From contig CAZBIC010000004.1 of NCBI GenBank assembly GCA_964491875.1, forward strand, positions 52,669 to 116,668: a stretch of 64,000 nt of DNA. The letters run 5' to 3'. Shown piece after piece: positions 29,142 through 38,716 of the stretch. Both the position numbers and the translations under genes were made by a program. Source of the stretch: an uncultured Bifidobacterium sp. (GTDB taxonomy: Bacteria > Verrucomicrobiota > Verrucomicrobiia > Limisphaerales > JADJPG01). The first letter of the stretch is position 1, and every line of letters starts with the position of its first letter. Under the pieces are notes generated by a model that had not been told where the DNA came from, did no database searches, and was given only the letters and a program-made list of their open reading frames with translations.

Positions 29142-29554
29142 CGCTTCGTGGGCGTGGCGGGAGTCAGGTTGCCGCTGGCGAGGCGAACGGCGATTTGCTT
29201 GTCGATGAACGCAGCCATTTCCATGTCCGCGCCGCCGGCTTTCCCGCGGGCTTGAACGAGGATGCGAGTGGTCTTGGTGTCGAACTCCTCGACCTTCACC
29301 CACACGCGGCGCTCGTCGATGCTGGCTTCGAGCACGTTCTTCAAAGTGTCTTCACTCACCAGAGTCCCCTGATGTTTGAGAACATCCTTGGCAGCGGCCC
29401 AGAGTTCGGCAGGAGTGCGGTCATAGCGACCTTCGACGCGGTCGCGAACCATCGGCACACCGGCGCGGTGACGACCGTCAATTGTCTCCACGCAGCCGGT
29501 CAAACCGAAGGCTGCAACGGCAAGAGCCAGCGATAAAATCCATTTCAATTTCAT
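29138..29554 (-). CDS. Small lipoprotein (DUF3568-like)
   Basis: ORF 29138..29926 trimmed to ATG 29554: MKLKWILSLALAVAAFGLTGC (lipobox). The upstream part of the ORF is Arg/Pro-rich junk. Confidence 0.7.
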   Translation of the reverse strand: MKLKWILSLALAVAAFGLTGCVETIDGRHRAGVPMVRDRVEGRYDRTPAELWAAAKDVLKHQGTLVSEDTLKNVLEASIDERRVWVKVEEFDTKTTRILVQARGKAGGADMEMAAFIDKQIAVRLASGNLTPATPTKR

Positions 29555-29642
29555 GGCAGGTGATGTCAGCAGAAAGTGCCGAGCCGTCAAGCATCGTTTT
29601 GAAAACCGCGAGGAAACGCCTGTGGAATCAGGCTGGAACAAC

Positions 29643-30014
29643 TCAGGAAGTTGGCTCGTCGGTTGCCTCCGGGGTTCGCCGGGGCAGCATGAGGACGGCG
29701 TTCTCCGGGGCGGGGCAGACCTGCTGGCAAATACCACAACCGGTGCAGACCTCGGGCACCACCATCGGGATGATCTGCGAGGCGTGCAGGGCGCCGGGTT
29801 CCGGACAGCGTTCGACGCAAATGGCGCAGTAGTTTTCGAGCGCGAGACAATGGCGTCCCTGAATGACCGCCACCATGGGCACAGGCGGATTCGGGGCGGT
29901 CGACGGCGAGGTTCCGGCGATGGCATGACCGACGGCTTTCGCTCCGTCGCCGGTGGCCTTCAACGGCCGGGCGAAGAGCGAGAAGAGTCCGCGTCTGGAA
30001 AATCCTGAGCTCAT
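29643..30014 (-). CDS. 4Fe-4S dicluster ferredoxin-domain protein with twin-arginine-like N-terminus
   Basis: ORF trimmed to ATG 30014 (MSSGFSRRGLFSLF). Cys motifs CAICVERCP and CTGCGICQQVCP. Confidence 0.75.
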   Translation of the reverse strand: MSSGFSRRGLFSLFARPLKATGDGAKAVGHAIAGTSPSTAPNPPVPMVAVIQGRHCLALENYCAICVERCPEPGALHASQIIPMVVPEVCTGCGICQQVCPAPENAVLMLPRRTPEATDEPTS

Positions 30015-30205
30015 GACCGCCGCAACTTTGCCGGAAAAGTGTCCGAGTGGCGAGTTCGGAATCGTAGTTCGCTTAGCTTTCGCGCGATGGCTCGCGCGGG
30101 GCTCTGCCGCGATCCATCTTGCCTTGAGTCGGTGGAGTCCTAGACTTTGCGCACGCTGCTGACGTCGCGGAGCAAGTAGTTCCCTGCGCTGCGGCGGACA
30201 CAATC

Positions 30206-31207
30206 ATGATCCGCTCATTCGCGTTCACGACTCAGGGCAAACTGCACAGCAAGGACATTGAGACATTTCTCATGCCCACGCTGCTGGCGGATACGAATCT
30301 TTTTCTGTGGGTCGATCTGGAAAAGCCGACTCCGGAGGAAAGCCGGCTGATTCTCGAGGAGATTTTCCACTTCCACCAGCTGTCGATCGAGGACTGCGTT
30401 TCCGTGAGTCCGTCACCGAAGGTCGAGGAATACGTCCCGAAGGATGAGGACAAGTTCTCGCCGTATCTCTTCATGGTGATTCACGCGGTGGACTACAGCC
30501 GCAAGGACGGAGTCTTCGCGACGAGTGAGCTGAACTTTTTTCTCGGGAAGAACTTTCTGGTCACGTTCCACGAGGTTCCGCTGCGCAGTGTCCAGCAAAC
30601 CGAGGAACGTTGTTTGAAGAGCACTGTTCACATCGCGCGCGCGCCGGATCGGGTGGCGCATACGTTGTTGGACGGCATCGTGGAAAACTACAAACCCGCT
30701 CTCGACGAGCTGGCGTTTGAGATCGCCGAGCTGGAGCAGAGGGTGATTGAGCACCCGTCGCCCCGGTTACTGAACAAGATCATTCAGATCAAAAAGGAGG
30801 TGCTGCATCTCCGGCAGATTATTGGCCCGCAGCGCGAGGTGTTGTCCCGGTTCGCCCAAGGCGAGTTCAAGCTCATCCGTTCTCATTTGGTGCCATACTA
30901 CCGCGACGTCTACGACGGGTTGTTCCACATCGCGGAACTGGCGCAGAGCTACACGGATTCGCTCACCGGTTTGCTGCACATTCACCTGAGCATGTCGTCC
31001 AACCAGACGGGCGAAGTGCTGAAGGTGCTGACGCTCATTACGCTGATTACGACTCCCGTTACCATCGTGGGCACCTGGTATGGAATGAACTTTGGCGAGA
31101 GCATGCCGGAGTTGCACCTGAAGTATGGATATGAACTGGCGATCGCGATCACCGTGGTCTCGACCGCGCTGATGTGGTGGTGGTTCAAGAAAAGGAAATG
31201 GTTCTGA
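30206..31207 (+). CDS. corA: Magnesium/cobalt transporter CorA
   Basis: 333 aa. YGMNF signature (GTWYGMNFGESMPEL) between two C-terminal TM helices. Confidence 0.9.
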   Translation: MIRSFAFTTQGKLHSKDIETFLMPTLLADTNLFLWVDLEKPTPEESRLILEEIFHFHQLSIEDCVSVSPSPKVEEYVPKDEDKFSPYLFMVIHAVDYSRKDGVFATSELNFFLGKNFLVTFHEVPLRSVQQTEERCLKSTVHIARAPDRVAHTLLDGIVENYKPALDELAFEIAELEQRVIEHPSPRLLNKIIQIKKEVLHLRQIIGPQREVLSRFAQGEFKLIRSHLVPYYRDVYDGLFHIAELAQSYTDSLTGLLHIHLSMSSNQTGEVLKVLTLITLITTPVTIVGTWYGMNFGESMPELHLKYGYELAIAITVVSTALMWWWFKKRKWF

Positions 31208-31243
31208 GTGGTGTTTTGACGGGCGCGAACATTTGCTGAGCTC

Positions 31244-32497
31244 ATGCCTCCTCCGAAATCCAGCTTCCTCGACAAAGTTCTCGGGCGCATCGGGCGCCTC
31301 GACAAGGAGGGATTGCAGACGGTGGTGCAGCGCCTGGCGCGCGAGCGATCGTTTCTCGAAACGTTGTTCAACACGATCGAGGACGGCGTGCTGGTGGCGG
31401 ATGAGACGGGGCGCGTGCTGTATTTCAACCAGGCGGTCACGCGACTGCTTGGGATGCAGGAGGGGCAGTCGGAAGGACAGCACGTAAACCAGTTCCTGCC
31501 GGATCTCGACTGGGAGAAGCTGGCGAAGTTCGACAAGACCGGCGGCGTAAAAGTGACGAGGCACGAGTTCGAGGTGGAGTATCCGCGGCCGCGACTGTTG
31601 AGCCTGTACGCCGCGCCGCTGGATGGTGAGGCGATCGGCAGTTCCGGCGTGGCGCTGATTTTACACGATGCGACGGAGGCGCGGCAGAAAACGCACGAGG
31701 CGATCGAAACTGAGCGCATCCAGGCGTTGACGCTGCTCGCGGCCAGTGTCGCACACGAGATTGGGAATCCGCTCAACGCGCTGCACATTCATCTGCAATT
31801 AATGGAGCGCGAGTTGAAGAAGCTGGGCGCGGTGGTGGGCGAGCCCGCGGCGAACTCAATTTCTGGACGAAGGAAGCCCAAGGGTGAATCAACGGGCGCG
31901 GATGCGGCGGAGATTGCGCACAAGCTGGAGAAGTATCTGGCGGTCTCCAAGGGCGAGATTGTGCGGCTCGATTACATCGTGACGCAGTTTCTGCAGGCGA
32001 TTCGGCCGTCGGTGCCGCAGCTGCGGCTGTCGTCGTTGAACGATGTCGTGCGCGAGACGCTGGAGTTGCTGCGGCCGGAGATCGAGAATCGCGGAGTGAC
32101 CGTGAAGGAGAAGCTGGCCAAGCAACTGGCGGCGAGTCCCATCGATCCGGCGCAGATCAAGCAGGCGTTGGTGAACTTGATCAAGAACGCGGTGCAGGCG
32201 ATGACCAAGGGTGGCGTGCTGAGCATCACTACGGATTCCGGGGTGGACGGCGTGGTGGTGAGCATCGCGGACACGGGCGGTGGGATTCCGCAGGAACAGA
32301 TCAACCGAATCTTCGAGCCATTCTATACAACGAAGAAGAAGGGGAGCGGCCTTGGGTTGATGATTGTGCAACGGATCGTTCGCGATCACGGGGGGCGTAT
32401 TGATCTGGAGAGCCACGTGGGGAAGGGGACGACGTTCCGCATCTGGCTTCCGCTTTATGAACGGCGGACGAGGCTGCTGGAGGCGAGGCATGACTGA
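31244..32497 (+). CDS. Soluble PAS-domain sensor histidine kinase (NtrB-like)
   Basis: PAS (LFNTIEDGVLVADETGRVLYFNQA), H-box LAASVAHEIGNPLNAL, N box LIKNAVQAM, and G boxes DTGGGI and GSGLGL. No TM helices. Confidence 0.85.
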   Translation: MPPPKSSFLDKVLGRIGRLDKEGLQTVVQRLARERSFLETLFNTIEDGVLVADETGRVLYFNQAVTRLLGMQEGQSEGQHVNQFLPDLDWEKLAKFDKTGGVKVTRHEFEVEYPRPRLLSLYAAPLDGEAIGSSGVALILHDATEARQKTHEAIETERIQALTLLAASVAHEIGNPLNALHIHLQLMERELKKLGAVVGEPAANSISGRRKPKGESTGADAAEIAHKLEKYLAVSKGEIVRLDYIVTQFLQAIRPSVPQLRLSSLNDVVRETLELLRPEIENRGVTVKEKLAKQLAASPIDPAQIKQALVNLIKNAVQAMTKGGVLSITTDSGVDGVVVSIADTGGGIPQEQINRIFEPFYTTKKKGSGLGLMIVQRIVRDHGGRIDLESHVGKGTTFRIWLPLYERRTRLLEARHD

Positions 32498-32566
32498 TTT
32501 GCGAATTTCGGGAATAGTCCTACGCTCCGACCAGTCCGACGGATTCATCGAGACACAGGATTACTG

Positions 32567-33946
32567 ATGGCCATGAACAAACCAATGCTCCTCATCGTGG
32601 ATGACGAGAAGCCGACGCGCGAAGGGTTGCGCGCCGCGCTGGAGGATCGTTACGACGTCTACATCGCCGAGGACGCGGCGGCCGCGATGACATTGTTGGA
32701 GCAGGAGCATTTCGATGTTTTGCTGACGGACTTTCGGTTGCCGAACGAGGATGGGATGAAGTTGATCGCGCGCGCCAAGTCGCTCTCGAAGCCTCCCATC
32801 TGCATCTTGATGACGGCCTATGGTTCCGAGGAGGTCGCGGTTCAGGCGATGAAGAGCGGTGCGGATGATTACATCGCGAAGGGCCGGATGCAGATCGATG
32901 AACTGGAGATGCGAATCGCGCGGGCGATGAAGGGCCAGACGCTGGAGAAGGAGAACGTCTCGCTCCGGCAGCAGCTGGATTCAAAGTTCGGCGTGGAGAA
33001 TTTGATCGGCGAATCGGTGCCGATGCGGGCGGTAGTGGACAAGGTTCGGCAGGTGGCGCCAGCGCGGGCGGCGACGGTTTTGATTCTCGGTGAGAGCGGC
33101 ACGGGCAAGGAATTGATTGCAAAGGCGATTCACCAACTGAGCCCGCGCTCGAAGCAGTCGATGGTGACGGTTCACTGCGCGGCCTTGTCGGCGACGCTGC
33201 TGGAAAGCGAGCTGTTCGGCCACGAGAAGGGATCCTTCACTGGCGCGCACGAGCGACGTATTGGCCGGTTCGAGGAGGCGAATGGTGGAACTCTGTTTCT
33301 CGACGAGATCGGCGAGATCGACGCGAGCACGCAGGTGAAGCTGCTACGTTTCCTCGGTGAACGAACTTTTGAACGAGTCGGTTCGAACAAAACTTTGACT
33401 TCAGATGTGCGCTTGATCACGGCGACGAACAAGAACCTCGCTGAAATGGTTAGGGCCGGAACGTTCAGAGAGGACTTGTACTTCCGCCTGAAGGTGGTGG
33501 AGATCAAGCTGCCGCCATTGCGCGAACGTCGGAGCGATGTGCCGCTCTTGGCGGGGGCGTTCTTGCGCGAGTTTGCGCGTGAAAATCAGAAAGTGGTGAA
33601 GACGATCGCGCCCGAGGCGATGTCGCTGCTGACGAATTATTCGTGGCCGGGCAATGTGCGGGAGCTGCGGGCGGCGATCGAGGGTGCCGTGGTGCTGTGT
33701 CGCGGCGATGTCGTCACCGTCGAGGATGTTCAAGACTACGTTCGCAACCCGGAACTGATGAACGCCGGAACTTCTGTTTCCGGGGCGAGCGGTCCGATTG
33801 AGACGGTGAAGGATGCCGAGAAGCAGCTAATAGTGCGGGCGCTGAAGGAGGCGGAAGGGAACCGGACGCTGGCGGCGAAGCGGATTGGGATGAGTCGCCG
33901 GACTCTGCACCGGAAGATTCACGACTACCAGCTGGAGCATTTGTGA
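32567..33946 (+). CDS. Sigma54-dependent response regulator (NtrC family)
   Basis: REC (LLIVDDEKPTREGL...TDFRLPNEDG), AAA+ GESGTGKELIAKAIH, ESELFGHEKGSFTGA, and C-terminal HTH AAKRIGMSRRTLHRKI. Confidence 0.9.
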   Translation: MAMNKPMLLIVDDEKPTREGLRAALEDRYDVYIAEDAAAAMTLLEQEHFDVLLTDFRLPNEDGMKLIARAKSLSKPPICILMTAYGSEEVAVQAMKSGADDYIAKGRMQIDELEMRIARAMKGQTLEKENVSLRQQLDSKFGVENLIGESVPMRAVVDKVRQVAPARAATVLILGESGTGKELIAKAIHQLSPRSKQSMVTVHCAALSATLLESELFGHEKGSFTGAHERRIGRFEEANGGTLFLDEIGEIDASTQVKLLRFLGERTFERVGSNKTLTSDVRLITATNKNLAEMVRAGTFREDLYFRLKVVEIKLPPLRERRSDVPLLAGAFLREFARENQKVVKTIAPEAMSLLTNYSWPGNVRELRAAIEGAVVLCRGDVVTVEDVQDYVRNPELMNAGTSVSGASGPIETVKDAEKQLIVRALKEAEGNRTLAAKRIGMSRRTLHRKIHDYQLEHL

Positions 33947-34185
33947 GGTGCGCCTCGATTGGCGCGGCAGGGTTCAAGTATTTTTCCTGGATTCTGAACG
34001 GAATCGGCGAAATTCAATCAAAGGAGAGTAATCCACAGGCTCAGGCTGTCTGGAAATCACGCCGATGAGTTCTCGTGTGCCCGGAAACGGGATTTAAAAT
34101 TTGACAAGCCCATGCTGCGTCCATACAAACCGTGGCGATTTGCCGGGCCGGAATTGGGAATTTCTTGAAGTACCGTGATTTGAAC

Positions 34186-35412
34186 ATGAAGAGAGCCGTC
34201 GTTGCCGCCGGGGCGCTTGCCTTGGGTGCGGCGGGGCTCCACGGAGCGAGTGTCACAGATGCGCTGACGGCTCAGGAAAAAGACAAGAGGTGGCTTCTGT
34301 CTGGATCGCTTCGAAATTTTTTCGACGACAACATGTTCAACTCGCCATCCGCGACGGCGGAGTCGAGTTTCGGAGTGGAGGTCAAGCCGGGCATCGCTCT
34401 CAATCTTCCTCTTGAACGGACTTTGCTCACCGCTTCGTATGATTATTCGATGAGTTTCTTTGAAGCCCGGAAGGACAACAAGGTCGACCAGACTCATCAG
34501 TTTGACGGTCGACTGGACCATAAATTTTCTGAGCGCTATGAACTAAGTGTCACTGAAAACTTTGTGGTTTCGGATGAGCCTGGGGTTGGCAAAGGGCCGC
34601 AGAATGTATTTCGCAGTCGTGCGGATGCAAGCAACTCTCGAAATGTGTTCGGAGCTGAAGCCACCATCTTTGCCAGTCCGACATTTGGCTGGCTATTGGG
34701 CTACGGCCAATACTGGCAGGATTATACCTCGGTCGAGTACTCAAAAACCCTTGATCAGTCGACTCACCGGGCCAATCTCGACGCCCGATGGTTTTCAGGG
34801 GAAAGCACACTTTTGTTTGCCGGATATTTGATCGGCCACACGGAGTATACCTACGGTCGCCTTTTAACCTGGGATGGAGGGAGCGAGGTATACGCGAGCA
34901 TTAAAAATAATAGTTTTCATCGGTTTTATTTCGGCGCCAGGCACAAGCTGAGTACACGGACAGACCTGTCGGGTAGAGTTGGTTTTCAATACACAGATTA
35001 TTACAACCAGTCCGAGTCTGCCATCAGTCCGTACGTCGATGGGAACGTTACCCACAAGTATGCGCCGGGTAGTACCATTTCTTTGGGTGCTAACGTGGAG
35101 CGATACGCTGCCGATGTTACCGGTGCACTGGATCAATTGATTGCGAGTGGCTATCTGAGCGTTGCTCACCGGATTACTCCGAGAATCACCGGATCGGCAG
35201 ATTTTAGGGTTCAACGCGCCACGTTCAACGGCGGAACGATAGATGGTGAGTCTGACTACTACTACCCGATAACCTTGGGAGCGGAGTACAAGCTTCGCGA
35301 GAACTTTTTTGCCACCTTGAGCTACACGTGGAGCAAGCTTTCCTCCGGTCGGGAGTCTGCGGGTAACTTCAACCGGAATCAGGTTTATTGGGGTGTGAGG
35401 CTTTCGTATTAG
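34186..35412 (+). CDS. Outer-membrane beta-barrel protein (BBP2/OmpL-like, polysaccharide-locus associated)
   Basis: ORF trimmed to ATG 34186 (MKRAVVAAGALALGAAGLHGAS signal peptide). Alternating beta-strand pattern and C-terminal aromatic ...YWGVRLSY. Confidence 0.6.
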   Translation: MKRAVVAAGALALGAAGLHGASVTDALTAQEKDKRWLLSGSLRNFFDDNMFNSPSATAESSFGVEVKPGIALNLPLERTLLTASYDYSMSFFEARKDNKVDQTHQFDGRLDHKFSERYELSVTENFVVSDEPGVGKGPQNVFRSRADASNSRNVFGAEATIFASPTFGWLLGYGQYWQDYTSVEYSKTLDQSTHRANLDARWFSGESTLLFAGYLIGHTEYTYGRLLTWDGGSEVYASIKNNSFHRFYFGARHKLSTRTDLSGRVGFQYTDYYNQSESAISPYVDGNVTHKYAPGSTISLGANVERYAADVTGALDQLIASGYLSVAHRITPRITGSADFRVQRATFNGGTIDGESDYYYPITLGAEYKLRENFFATLSYTWSKLSSGRESAGNFNRNQVYWGVRLSY

Positions 35413-35457
35413 TGGTGGCCTCAAGTCAGTTGCGGTAGCATTCAATCTAGCAAGCAT

Positions 35458-37614
35458 ATGGAAACGACAAAGTCTTTTGAAACGCCTGAAGAGGCCAAAC
35501 TGCATTTTCTGGATTACTGGCGCATTGTCCGGGTGCGCAAGGCGGTGGTGCTCGCGGTGTTTCTGCTTGTTACGATCACGACGACCTTGGTCACGTTCAT
35601 TCTCCCTCCGACGTTTGCGAGCACGGCTCGCATTTCCGTTCAGCGCGATACGACGGACGTGCAGGGTGTGAATCTCGGCCAGGGCTCCGGGCAGAGCTAC
35701 AGCGTCTACGACTTTGCGTTCTGGATTCAGACCGAGTTCGAAAAAATTCAATCCAAGATGATCCTCTACCCGGTCATCACCAATTTGGATCTGCACATCA
35801 AGTGGGGGGAAAAATACAAGGAGGGCGCGCTGCGGATGGACACCACGTTCGCCATGCTGAAACGAAAGATAGATGTTACCCAGTCACCCCGTACCAGCTT
35901 GATTGAGATCAAGGCGTTCAGTGACGATCCGAACGAGGCTGCCGCGATCGCGAATCGAATCGCGGATGTGTACCGCGAGTCACGAACCAATCTGTGGCTC
36001 GAGATGTCCTCCCGTGGCTTGGAGGCATTGAATGCCGAACTTGCCAGCCAGACGGCGGTGATTACCAACCTTCAGAAAGAGGTGTATGACATGAAGGAGC
36101 TGTACGGTATTTCAGATGTTGATTATCAGCAGGGAATGTCTGTGGCGACTGTCGAAGCTGGTATTTTGCAGACTCTGGATCGACTGCGGATCGAAACCCT
36201 GAAGGAGTATGAAAAACAGAATGCGACCTACAACCAGCTCACCAACTACACACGGGTCGAACTCAAACGGTCGATGTTGACCGTGGTTCCCGATGTGTTG
36301 CTTGGGAACCTGCTTCAACTGCTCTCGACCGAAGAGGGGAAACTGGCGCAGATTACGAACTCGCTCTCGCTGGATCACCCCGACGTAAAAGGCATTCGCG
36401 GCACGATCGGAGTGCTGAACGAACAGATCGACGGCAAGCTGGACGGAATTATGCGCGGCCTGGAGGCAAACGTGAACGCCAAGCGGGCTGAGCTCAATGC
36501 CGTTACCCAGGAACGGGAGCGAGCCCTTACCAACGATATTTCGAAGGCCGTAGCGCGCAGTCCGTACAACCAGAAAAAGCGGGAACTGGAGAGTTTGATG
36601 GTTGCCCGGGATAAACTCAAATCGCGTATCATCGAGGAAAAAGTTCAGGCGGCGATTCCCAAAACGGCCATCGTTCAGGTGATTGATCGTGCCGAGCCCG
36701 AGATATACCCAGTCAAGCCTCGCAAGATGCTCAATATCGCACTCGGCGTGATTGTCGGTCTTGTCGTGGGCATCGGTGTCGCGTTCTTCATTGAGTATCT
36801 CGATACGAGCGTGAAGACGATTGATGATGTCGAGCGGGCGATGCAGGCTCCGGTGCTGGGCGTCATTCCGCAGAATGTGGGGTACCTCATCTCCGAGGGG
36901 CCGGACAGTCCTCATGCCGAAGCCTACCGCGTGTTGAGAACGAACATCCTGTTCTCGCTCAAGGATCCGAAGCTGAACACCATCACGGTGGTCAGTGCTG
37001 GCGCCGGTGAAGGCAAATCAACGACGATCTTCAACCTCGCGACGGTGTTCGCCCAGAACGGTTCGCGGGTGATCATTGTCGACTCCGACCTCCGCCGTCC
37101 AAGCGTCCACAAGATTCTCAAGGTGTCGAACTCGGTAGGTCTCACGAATTACCTGCTCAAACAGAACACGCTCGAAGAGGTGATTCAGACCACTCCGCTG
37201 CCGACGTTCGATTTCCTGCCCAGCGGCAAGCTGCCCAGCAGTTCGATGGGTGTGCTCAGCTCGGCGCAGATGAAGGAGCTGATCCGCGATCTCAAGCGTC
37301 GTTACGACTACGTCTTTTTCGATTCGCCGCCGATCATGGGTGTCAGTGACGCCTCGATTCTCGCGAGTGAAGTTGATGCCGTGATGCAGGTGGTCCAATA
37401 CCGCCGTTACCCGCAGCCGATGACCATTCGCGCCAAGCAGATGATTGAGAAGGTCGGCGGCAACCTGCTCGGCATCGTGCTCAACAACATCAGCATGGCC
37501 AGCGACGAAAATTATTATTACTACAGCAGCGGCTATTATTACGAGGACGACAAGGAAGAGGGAGCTGACTCTGCGAAGTCGTCGGCCAAGAAGAATTCGA
37601 CGACGGAAGACTGA
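35458..37614 (+). CDS. Polysaccharide co-polymerase / BY-kinase (Wzc/GumC-like tyrosine autokinase)
   Basis: Wzz-type N-terminus with a TM helix, long coiled-coil, second TM, P-loop VVSAGAGEGKSTT, VIIVDSDLRRP, and C-terminal tyrosine cluster NYYYYSSGYYYEDD. Confidence 0.85.
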   Translation: METTKSFETPEEAKLHFLDYWRIVRVRKAVVLAVFLLVTITTTLVTFILPPTFASTARISVQRDTTDVQGVNLGQGSGQSYSVYDFAFWIQTEFEKIQSKMILYPVITNLDLHIKWGEKYKEGALRMDTTFAMLKRKIDVTQSPRTSLIEIKAFSDDPNEAAAIANRIADVYRESRTNLWLEMSSRGLEALNAELASQTAVITNLQKEVYDMKELYGISDVDYQQGMSVATVEAGILQTLDRLRIETLKEYEKQNATYNQLTNYTRVELKRSMLTVVPDVLLGNLLQLLSTEEGKLAQITNSLSLDHPDVKGIRGTIGVLNEQIDGKLDGIMRGLEANVNAKRAELNAVTQERERALTNDISKAVARSPYNQKKRELESLMVARDKLKSRIIEEKVQAAIPKTAIVQVIDRAEPEIYPVKPRKMLNIALGVIVGLVVGIGVAFFIEYLDTSVKTIDDVERAMQAPVLGVIPQNVGYLISEGPDSPHAEAYRVLRTNILFSLKDPKLNTITVVSAGAGEGKSTTIFNLATVFAQNGSRVIIVDSDLRRPSVHKILKVSNSVGLTNYLLKQNTLEEVIQTTPLPTFDFLPSGKLPSSSMGVLSSAQMKELIRDLKRRYDYVFFDSPPIMGVSDASILASEVDAVMQVVQYRRYPQPMTIRAKQMIEKVGGNLLGIVLNNISMASDENYYYYSSGYYYEDDKEEGADSAKSSAKKNSTTED

Positions 37615-37677
37615 GATCCCGAAGCCCGTTCCAAATTGTGATTGGCTCAAGAGCCCGCACGGTTCAGCTTAACGATT

Positions 37678-38319
37678 ATGACACTGACTAGTCTGAAACA
37701 AATCTTCGCATGGAGCGCGCTGGTAGTGCTGCTGATCGCTCTCGCCGGATGCTCCACCACGGGTGGTGGGAATCAATCTCCTCCGCCAGCTTCACCGACG
37801 ACGATGGGAGGGACGAACGGCGCCACCGCTGATGTAGATCAATTCTCCCGGCTGCGCGTCGGCGATTTGATCCTGATCAACTTCAGCGACATCCAGATGC
37901 CGCCCCCGAAGCAAGAGGTCAACATTCCGGACAGTGGCGTCATCACCCTGCCGTTCAACGTCCACGTTAAGGCTGACGGCAAGACGACCACCGAACTGGA
38001 GAAAGAAATCCGTGACGCCTATGTCCCAAGCCTCTTTGTCAACCTGACCGTCACGGTCCGGACGGAGCAGCGTGTTTACTACGTGGACGGCGAGGTTCGA
38101 CGATCCCAGTCCTGGCCGTATATAGGCGAGACAACTGTCCTGCGCGCGATTGCGAATGCCGGCGGTTTCACTGAATTCGCCAACCGCAAAAAGATCGAGC
38201 TCCGTCGGCAGAACGGCCAGAGGTTCTTTGTGAACTACTACAAGGCCTTGAAAGATCCCAAGCTGGATCTGCCGGTATATCCCAACGATCACATCATCGT
38301 CGGCAAGAGTGCCTTCTAA
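37678..38319 (+). CDS. Polysaccharide export protein (Wza-like, Poly_export + SLBB)
   Basis: ORF trimmed to ATG 37678. Lipobox LIALAGCS. LRVGDLILINF and YYVDGEVRRSQSWPYIGETTVLRAIANAGG motifs. Confidence 0.8.
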   Translation: MTLTSLKQIFAWSALVVLLIALAGCSTTGGGNQSPPPASPTTMGGTNGATADVDQFSRLRVGDLILINFSDIQMPPPKQEVNIPDSGVITLPFNVHVKADGKTTTELEKEIRDAYVPSLFVNLTVTVRTEQRVYYVDGEVRRSQSWPYIGETTVLRAIANAGGFTEFANRKKIELRRQNGQRFFVNYYKALKDPKLDLPVYPNDHIIVGKSAF

Positions 38320-38709
38320 GTGGTTCAACTCGACATTCTCTCCGGAAGCAAGGCGGGCCATCGCACGGTGGTCCGCCAGTTTCCTTTCAGCCTCGGACGT
38401 TCAGCCCAGGCGCAACTCCGGGTTGAAGACTCCGGAGTCTGGGATCATCATCTCGAACTCGCTCTCCTTCCCGGCGAAGGCTTCGTTTTGAAGTCTTCCA
38501 GCGCGGGCGCAACGCTCCTAAACGGCGAACAAATTCAAAGTGCCTTGCTTCGCAATGGCGATTTGGTCGAAGCAGGATCGGTGAAAATGCGTTTCGGTTT
38601 CAGCCCTATCAGCCAGTCGACACTCCGCGTCCGTGAAGTCGCCACCTGGCTCGCGCTCGCCGCTCTCTGCCTCGCCCAGGTTGCGTTGATCTACTGGCTG
38701 ACGGATTAA
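38320..38709 (+). CDS. FHA-domain protein with C-terminal TM anchor
   Basis: GTG start abutting the Wza-like stop. FHA-like [25 protein letters not shown]...NGEQI...[14 protein letters not shown]-terminal helix [21 protein letters not shown]. Confidence 0.7.
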   Translation: MVQLDILSGSKAGHRTVVRQFPFSLGRSAQAQLRVEDSGVWDHHLELALLPGEGFVLKSSSAGATLLNGEQIQSALLRNGDLVEAGSVKMRFGFSPISQSTLRVREVATWLALAALCLAQVALIYWLTD

Positions 38710-38716
38710 CCGTCAG
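38698..38716. terminator. Hairpin spanning the convergent stop codons of the FHA gene and purH (possible bidirectional terminator, no U-tract)
   Basis: CTGACGG-ATTAA-CCGTCAG, a 7-bp stem, read directly from the sequence. Confidence 0.3.

Noticed and set aside
30015-30205. Mg2+-sensing M-box leader upstream of corA
   Set aside because: The 190-bp divergent intergenic region shows no M-box-like conserved helices or motifs that I can recognise. A covariance-model scan would be needed to be sure.
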